From Eledone cirrhosa (Eukaryota), in contig OZ024743.1 of NCBI GenBank assembly GCA_964016885.1, positions 30,132,001-30,196,000 on the forward strand: a stretch of 64,000 nucleotides of DNA, written 5' to 3'. Every line of letters starts with the position of its first letter. Position 1 is the first letter of the stretch. This document shows positions 55,219 to 64,000 of this stretch, piece by piece. Under the pieces are notes generated by a model, which saw only the letters and a list, made by a program, of their open reading frames with translations, was not told the origin of the DNA and ran no database searches. The position numbers and the translations under genes are program-made.

Positions 55219-56719
55219 CATACATACATACATTCATACATACATACATATATGAGGGAGGTCTATGAATGCATGTAAGTATGTTTATATGGATGCATGT
55301 CTCCCTGTATTTACATAACTATATATATGTATCTGTGTGCAAGCCTGCGTGTTTCATTGTTTAGAGAATACATGAATCGCTCTATAATTCTATCATGCTT
55401 TGAACTAAACTGGAGTGAGCAAAACATCTGCTGTTTGTATAACAACGGATATTTCAAAGAAACATTTAAACTATTTTTTGTGACAGTAATACATCTGTTA
55501 CTAGTGAGAAACAAGTTTTGTGCACAGCCCTGATAAAGCATCGACCTTACCATCCTTAGAATATATGCTATTGTGCAATATCAGAGGGATGTTTTAAAGT
55601 TATATTCTCTGTAATCCAAAAGACTCTTATTATCCCGCATATTGGATCTTTATTGAATGAATATATACATTCGCACATAATAACATAAATTTACATCAAA
55701 TGGCAAATGAAATGCATTGATAGTGTTTCCCTACTTTTCTGAATTCGATATTGAATTATTCGGTATCTATTTGACGACTGATAAAACAATAAGAAAGAGA
55801 GAAAGCGAGAGTGAGCATAAACAGTGTTATATAGAGACAGTGCAAGCAAATTGTGATGAAGAGACTACAGTATATTAGTTCTTATATCATGTTATCGACC
55901 CCAGAAAAATGAAAGGCAGAATTAGAACTTAGTAAATAACTAAATGTCATGAAGTAGTTTGTCCGATGCTCGAACGACTATCTCAATGCGACAACCTTTT
56001 CTTATGGCAATCATTTCTAATTAAAGCACAGTTTCAGCAATTTGGAGGTAGGAACATCGATTATACTTACTAAGTAATTGAAAGTTTGCTCCATTCAAAA
56101 GTGTAAATATGCCATCCGAGCAAAGAAGAGAGCCAACAAAGCTTGGATTGGAAATAAATCCTCTTTTTTGCAATTGCAGTAAAAGCATCTGTAAAAAGCA
56201 TCTGTAAAAAGCCGCAGGAAAAACGATAAATAGGTCCAAGGTGGGAGGACTTTGGAGTAAACAGGCAGACAACTTTAGATTAAGAAATAAATTATTCTAA
56301 AGGACCATCTACCGATTCCGTAATATGAAGTCCCGTCTATGTCTGTTATTGGGGACTCATTTAGGGGGCATCTCTCAGAAGACAGGTACATACACGCATA
56401 TATAACGCTTAAATATGTCACAGCTAGGGAGGAGAAATTCCAACTCAATTTGTGAGAAGCTTTCTATAGATAAGTTATCTTCAGGCTGACTCTTGTGTGC
56501 TCAGTGACCTGGATTAACTTGGAATGACACCAAATCAATGTCAATCAAAAGTGATGATCGCGACTTTAAAAATGGAGACAAGAAAATTGAGATTGCTTTT
56601 ATTATAAAGGAATACCATCGTTATGTCTCTCCGGGAAAAGGTATGCTACGTGTATGGCACGTAGTACAGACGGCCAGATATTAAGTCTATGACAGGTCTT
56701 CGAGATATCGTACGAGTGA

Positions 56720-57340
56720 TGCTAAGAGGTGTGTGTGCTTTGTTTTGTTGACCTAAAAAAAATGCATACGACCATATTCCACATACCTGTTGTGGGAAAG
56801 TCTGCAGGAGTATGGGACCAACGAACAGATTCTTGCAGCCATGATGTCTCTAAACAAATCACTAAGCATTTGTGTTTGGATAAATAGTGCCAAGTCAAAA
56901 CCATTCAATACGGTTGTTGGACTCTGCCAATGCGTATTGTCCCCTCTAGTGTTCATAAACCTCTTGAACGGGATTAATATGCGCAGCTTGTGGTAATGGC
57001 ATGAAAACTGGCGAACATAAGATCAGTTGGCTTATATATGAAAACGACATGGTCATAATTGAAACGTTGAAAGATGATCGATCACATGCAGCGAATAGTT
57101 TGGCTGCCGGGTGCTGAAAAGCAAGAATGAAAATCAGTGCTGCGATATGTGAGAAATTGGATATTTCGAGGAAGATTGTACAGTGTAGCTTGAATGTAAC
57201 TGTAGTTAAACTGAGTTCAATATCATGGAGCCCCTTTCACAAATGATATAAGACGCGAGATTGAATTAAATGTACGAAAATTGTGGTAACTGGTGCCTTA
57301 ATGCACCAGCTTCAGCACTCAGTCATCGGAAAAAGGGATG
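56720..57340 (+). pseudogene. Highly decayed LINE RT fragment (RTE-X-like)
   Basis: CFVDLKK/AYD..P..LLWESLQEYG..SKPFNTVVGL.Q/CVLSPLVFI..LIYENDMV remnants across frameshifts. Confidence 0.6.
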
Positions 57341-57589
57341 AAGGTGTGAAACTCAAATTCGCTCGAAACAGCACTAAAACAGAGGCTATATTGACAGTAA
57401 CAAACTAGCCAATATACGAAGAAATATTGTGAAAAAAAGTTACTAACTGATATATAAATTGATCAGATCAAGCTATTAGCACAAAGTCAGCGAAGGGAAA
57501 ATGAAACATGTGTCAGTGAAAACGAGGTAAATTGTAACACTTCGAATCCCAGGGTTGGGGCTGAATCACCGGCAACAGAACAAATTAAA

Positions 57590-60500
57590 GAAAGGATCGA
57601 AAAAGTGGAGGGAGTGCATGCTCAAGATGAAACTCCAAATGAAAATAATGAGATCGTAAATGACAAAGAAATGAATGAGAATGAACTTGCCAACTTGAAG
57701 GATGAAATTATAATCGAATGGATGAAAATGAAAGAATCTGACATGGGGCAACGAGACACCTAAGATCCAGAACTCCAAACAGAACCAAAAGATAATACAC
57801 AAGACTAACATAATTCTCAAAAACATTATCATCACAAACAAACTAAACATTACTGATATAAATCATCTCTATTATGCATCGGCTAAAGTCACCACTCACT
57901 TATATGGAGTGAAGATGAAAAAACAAAGGAATTCCCACAAGAAATCTACTTGGCAAGAGAACATCAATCGCCAAATAAACCTTCTCCGATCTGACATAGA
58001 AATTTTAACAAACTATAAAGTAGGTGAACATGTTAAACAAACTAAACTTAGAAAATTGAAAAAAAGTATAGTATAAAATCAACAAGTGACATAGACATGC
58101 TGATAGAAATAATCAAGCAAAAAGTGTCGGCCAAAGCTGCTCGTATAAGGCGCTTTGAAAAACGATCTAGATTCTATAAGGAAAATAATATGTTCAAAAA
58201 CGACCAAAGAAACTTCTACAGAAAAATTGGTTAGTCAACAATAACTGCTAAATCAATACCACCCAAGGAGGAAGTGCAAGAATTCTGGGAAAAGATCTAG
58301 GCCGAAGAAAAAGTTCATAACATACATGCCCCATGGATAGACAGATAAATGAAAGATACAGCTCACCTTGAGGAACAAATATGGGAAAACATAATAGTTG
58401 AACAGTTGCCCTTGGCTCTAAGAAAAACCAGCAAATGGAAATCCCAAGGAAAAGACAAAATACAATATTTTTGGATAAATGCCTTCACAGAGTCTCATGA
58501 GCGGTTAGCCCAACTTTACAATGAAATAGTTAAGGAGCCAGAAAAGATACTATCATGACTAGTTAACGGCATTACATTCCTGCTTCCGAAGAATGATGAG
58601 ACAAACAATCCCAAAAATTACAGACCGATAACTTGCTTGACCACAATGTATAAAATTTTAACATCAGTCCTAACTGAATACACATATGACCACCTGATAA
58701 CAAATGACCTATTTCCCATTGAGCAGAAAGGGTGTAAACGAGGCTCATATGGCTGTAAGGATCAGCTTTTGGTTAACAAAATGATACTGGAAGATTGTCA
58801 TAATAGACACAAAAATCTATCAATTGCTTGGATAGATTATAAAAAAGCATTCGATAGTTTGCTACACAGTTGGATTGAAAAATGTTTAGAGATTTTCAAA
58901 ATATCCCCCGTTGTCAGGAGGTTTTTGTCATTCAGTATGTAGACATGGAAAACGACACTCCTTTTGAATAGTGAAACAAAATCACTGGAAGCTGGAGAAG
59001 TTAATATTAATTGTGGAATTTTTCAGGGTGACTCTTTATCACCGCTTTTATTCTGCATCGCACTTATACCATTAAGTAAAATGATCAATGAAACAGAACA
59101 TGGATATAGAGTCTATGGCAAAACCATTAATCACTTGTTCTACATGGATGACCTGAAACTATTTGCAAAAAATGATGAACAATTGCAAGGGCTATTATCC
59201 ACTGCGGATCAGTTCATTGATGACTTTAAAATGGAGTTTGGACTAGATAAATGCGCCAAAGCAACGTTCACCAGAAGAAAGCTGCTGAAGAGTTCAGACA
59301 TTATTCTTGATCGGGGGAACGTGATGAGAGAATTTGATCAAGAAAAAACTTACAAATATCTAGGTGTTTGTGAAGGAGACGGAATCAAGCACTCGACAAT
59401 CAGGGAAAGGATAAGGAAGGAATGTTACCGCAGAGTAAGAACAATCTTAAGAACGGAATTGAATGCAAGGAATAGGATCGATGCCATAAACACGCTTGCC
59501 ATACCAGTAGTAACCTACAGTTACAATGTCATCAACTGGTCAAGCACAGAGAACCGTAGCCTCGATACAAAAATTCGAAAATTCTTAACCATGCACAGAA
59601 TGCATCACCCTAAGGCAGATATAGATAGAACATATCTCCCTAGGAAAGAAGGAGGACGTGGGTTAGTCCAGTTAGACATTGCGTTGAAAACTGCAACAAG
59701 TGGCTTATCTACATATCTAAGGGAATCACATGATAGGATGATCAAACTAGTTTTGAAACACGAAAGCATCAAAAGATCATATTCCATTACAAAGGATACA
59801 CAAAGATACAGTAATGGACTTCACATTTTAGAAGTCCCATTTACTGCTGAAATGGAAAGCACAGAAAAGGCAAAGCAGGTAAAAGTAACTGCAAAGAAAG
59901 AACTGCTACAGAAACTGGCTAAGAAATGGCAAGAAAAGCCTCTGTATGGAAAATACCCAGAACGAGCTAACAATCCTGATGTTGACAAAACTTTAACCCA
60001 TCAGTGGTTGGCATCCTCTGGACTGAAATCGGAGACTGAAGGACTGATTATATCAGCACAAGATCAGTGTCTGCCAACAAAAAATTACCAAGCCAACATA
60101 ATAACTAATGGATGCAGCCCATTATGCCGTGTATGCAAAAAACAACCAGAGACCATTGACCATATAATTTCAATGTGCAGACCTATAGCTCCAACCGAAT
60201 ACCTAAACAGGCATGACAGAGCTGCACAATACATACATTGGATAATGTGTAAGCATTTTGACCTGCCCCATCAAATGAATTGGTGGGAGCATCAAGCACC
60301 TCCCATACTTGAAAAAGATCACATCTCAATCTTGTGGAACATTAGCATCCAAACAGACCGAAAAATAGATGCAAATAGACCTGATATAATATTGAAAGAC
60401 TTTCAAAAGAAGGTATGCCTGCTAATTGATATGGCCGTTCCAATAGACAAGAATGTATCTATAAAAACATTTGAAAAATTGAGCAAGTATAAGGACCGGG

Positions 60501-60834
60501 AGATGGACATTGGAAAAATGTGGAAATTGAGAACTAAAACAATAGCAGTGGTTGTGGGCGCTCTGGGAAGGATACCTAAGGGGTCTAATGATTATTTATC
60601 GCAAATCCCAGGAAACCCACGTATAGGAGAAATACAAAAGATAGTACTAATGGGAACTGCCCATATACTAAGGAAGATTCTGTCAATATAAGTACATCAC
60701 AAGTCTAAACACTAAAGATGCATGTGTGAGTATGTGTGTTCTTTCTTGAACATGGCGGACCTTGTTGTCTCTTGAGGTCACTGGTTGTGACTTGATGATA
60801 ACTCGTATGAACATAAAGCAAGATAAATGCAACT

Positions 60835-60890
<56 letters not shown>
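57590..60890 (+). mobile_element. R4/Dong-clade LINE (RT + CCHC + restriction-like endonuclease), multiply disrupted, ending in (TAA)n
   Basis: NYRPITCL, EQKGCKRGSYGCKDQL, WIDYKKAFD, GIFQGDSLSPLLF, HLFYMDDLKL, CRVC..ETIDHIISMC, RHD, RPDII, IDMAVP, EKLSKY; ORF ends at 60691. Confidence 0.92.
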
Positions 60891-60892
<2 letters not shown>

Positions 60893-63800
60893 TTTCTTTA
60901 TTAACCACAAGGGTTTACATAAAGTAGACATTAAGGACAGTGCAGGACAATGCAGGACAGTACAAATGGGCATTTCTGCGTGTAAAAAAACAAAAACAGA
61001 GGATGTAACAAAAATAACAATGAAAATAACAATGAAAAATTCCCCAATAGGGGGGAGACTTCGGAGGGACATTTGTGGAGAAAGCCCAGTAAAAAGCCAA
61101 GGCAAGTGCCCTCTCCCAGTTTTCCACCTTTAGTTTACAGATATATACTCAGAGTCGGCCCATTCACTCGGGCCATTCTTGCTTCTCTCACCCATCTTTC
61201 AACAAAATGCTGGGAAGAGAGCACTTCCTTCTCTACTCTGATTTTCCTTTTCAAATGAAATTTGAAAAAGTCAATCAGAGCATCACCGAAGAGGTAAGTG
61301 CTCGTCTTCAGCACTTTCAAACGTGTCCACCATACTATCTCTTTCGCCATGGCCACCAGACAGATAAAAACTGCCTGCCCTTCCCGGCTAAAGGAGGAGG
61401 GCGGGGCAATCCTCACGATAGACTCAGATGATAGCTGGATCCGTCCTAAACGCGACAGCAGGTGTTCGACATAAACCCACAAGTCAGCAATTTTCGGACA
61501 CTGGACGAGTGCGTGCAGGACGGTTTCGTCGCCCTGCGCGCATCTCGGACATGCCCGGCTGACGGCACCTCCATGCCTGTAGAGTTTATCCCGAACTGGC
61601 AAGGCTCCTCGGTAGCACTGCCAGGCCAGAGATTTCTGGAAGTTGTCCATAGGCCCTGGCCCGAAAGTTCTTCCGAAGAGATTGGCTAGTTGATTTTCGT
61701 CGACGCCTAGAGTTTCCCCAAGTACGTCGTCGCTCTTCCCCTCCACCAATCCTCTATAGAACGCCGAGGTGGAGTTTCCACCGATCACATTGCCCGATTG
61801 GTCGAGGGCTGTGAGCGCCTGAAGACATTCCAGTCTCCAGGCGCTCCCTCTCAGTCTTCGCTTGACCCAGGACTGCAGCTCCGTCAAGGAAACGAGCTGG
61901 GGAAAAACGCGTCTAGCAAACGGCGACCACACCTGATCACCGTCGAGGAAGAGGTGGAGATGTCGTAGCCTGAGCACGTGCCTGCGCATCATCAGCCACG
62001 GCACGCCCAGCCCTCCACGTAGCGGGTGTTGACACCAGATGGACCGCCTGACCATCGGAGCGCGTCCCTTCCACAAAAAGCGAAAGAGCAAACGCTCCAG
62101 CGCAGTCAGGCGAGGCTTAGGACAAGGTACGACGGTCAGGCGGTAGTAGATGACAGACGCGATGTACGCATTAGCCACCTCCGCTCGACCATTCAGGGAT
62201 AGCTTCCTCTCCGCCCATTTCTGGGTGAGAGAAGCCACCCTGCTCGTTACCTCGTCCCAGTTTTTGTCCGCCTGGAGGTCCGGACCGAACCAGACCCCTA
62301 GCAATTTAACCGGTGCGTCCGTCCAGCGTCCGACGACGCTGTTGGACGGCATGGACCTGCCTCTCCAGGTGCCGAGCTGCAGGCCCATTGACTTTTCATG
62401 GTTGATCATTGCTCCTGTCACCGCTTCGTATTCTCTTAGTGTAGTGCCGATCGCCTCGATGTGTTTTGCGTTCGACACCACTACGGTGACATCGTCTGCA
62501 TATGCTGACACGGATCTTCCGCATCCTAGTTCGCGCGGGACGCCCCTCAACGTCTCCAGTTTGTGCAGTAATGGCTCGAGCGTCAATACGTACAAGAGGG
62601 ACGAGAGGGGACATCCTTGGTGGACCGAGCGCATGATGTTGAACGGTTCCGACAGGTGACTGTTCACTCTCAACACAGAGCAGATGTCGCTGTGCATGGC
62701 AGCGATCCAGCCTCTGAAGACGGGCCCAAAGCCAGTCGACCTCGGGACTGCCGCTAGGTAACGATGTTCGTCCCTATCGAAAGCTTTCGACAGATCTAAA
62801 TTGATCAAGGACCCACCCGTGCCATATTCCCTAGCTACCCTCTCTACGATGTATCGCATGAGGTGGAGGTTGTCGTGGATGGATCTGTCGGCAATGGCGC
62901 ATGTCTGCGCCTCTCCCACCAGACCACCAACGACAAGCGCCAACCTCTTTGCTAGCACCTTGGCCAAAATCTTGAACTCTGTGTTTAGCAGAGTTATGGG
63001 CCGGAAATTATCTATGTTATCCCCCTTGTTCGGATCCTTTCTCAGCAGTGCCACCGCACCTCGGCTCACAGAACTGGCAATTCTTCCGTTCTGTTGCCAG
63101 TTGCAGTAGACGTCCGCCAAGAGGCCTCCGAACAAGTCTGGCATTTATACGTAAAGTTCATAGGGCAGACCATCCAAAGCAGGCGATTTACCCCTTGTGC
63201 AGCCAGTCATTGCCTCCCTTACTTCAGCGGCTGTTATCGGCTTTTCGCAGCACTTCGCCTCAGTGGCCGAGAGCCGCGGCACTCCGTCGAGGTAGACACT
63301 AAAGTCCCTCCCTCGACCAGGCCCACCGCTACCCCCGAACAGCTGAGCGAAGTGTCGCTGAAAAGCTTCACACATTTGCCCGGGATCGAGTAGCATGCAC
63401 CCGTCGTTGTCCACCAAAGACCAGATCGTGGCTTTGTTGCCACGACGCGCCTCCGCCACTCGGGCCCATTGAACGGCTTTCGTCCCCTCGTGTCTGAGAG
63501 CACGCACCCTTGCTCTGACAACGCAGCCTTCGTGCTTTGCATTGAAGAATTGGTCAAGGGCCAATTTCGCTGCAAGCACGTCGGTCGCAATGCCTTTGCT
63601 AAGCGCCTCGTCTAATTTTCTAACTAGTTCTCCCTCTGCTCTATGTTTCTCTATTTCTAAAGCCTTACTAAACCTAATCGATTCTATTCTAATCGCTCTT
63701 TTCAGAGCAAACCACCACTTGTTGTTGATGGCCCCCGTCAACGCCCGCTTAACTAGTTCGCTAATCCGGTCTCTGTAGGCCTTGCGCGCTGGTAAGGACG

Positions 63801-64000
63801 CGTTTAGCTTCCAGTAGCCGGATCCTCGTCTATGAAGCCTATCTAAGTCAAGCACACAGATCTCGAATTTGTGGTCCGTGTAGCTGACTATCTTGAATTG
63901 TGGACAGCCTATGCTAGACCTATCTATTTCCCCACAGAATTCTCTATCTAGGTATGATCTGGATGACCCTATGCGATTTGTCCAAGTCCACATTGGCACA
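60891..64000 (-). mobile_element. Tx1/L1-clade LINE ORF2 (APE C-part + RT + zf-RVT) with one in-frame TAA at 63145-63147; extends beyond the window
   Basis: SYLDR, TDHK, YWKLN, KSPALDGLPYE, FRPITLLN, DLSKAFD, QGCPLS, AYADD, GGLG, CPRC..ETVLHALVQC; AATAAA before an (ATT)n tail. Confidence 0.92.

Overview
AT-rich eukaryotic DNA dense in microsatellites, probably cephalopod: two short repeat fragments resemble my recollection of an octopus repeat. I recognise no host protein-coding exon. Positions 1-32 kb are a nested cluster of Penelope-like retroelements (PLEs; reverse transcriptase (RT) plus GIY-YIG endonuclease) and their non-coding derivatives, all within (TA)n tracts. About 24 type-I hammerhead ribozyme (HHR) motifs from several families, read by eye, lie in PLE pseudo-LTRs (pLTRs), in short foldback elements and in a ~4.2-copy tandem array of a structured 466-bp non-coding unit with one canonical HHR per unit (retrozyme-like, predicted to release ~466-nt RNAs that may circularise). 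One PLE has an upstream coiled-coil-like ORF joined to its RT frame by a U-UUU-UUA -1 slippery site, and it sits inside the 3' microsatellite of another near-intact PLE. The region 33-49 kb is mostly unique intergenic or intronic DNA with repeat remnants. The region 50-64 kb holds disrupted RTE, R4/Dong and Tx1/L1 LINEs. Most short ORFs in the track are microsatellite translation artefacts. All RNA folds are manual and untested.
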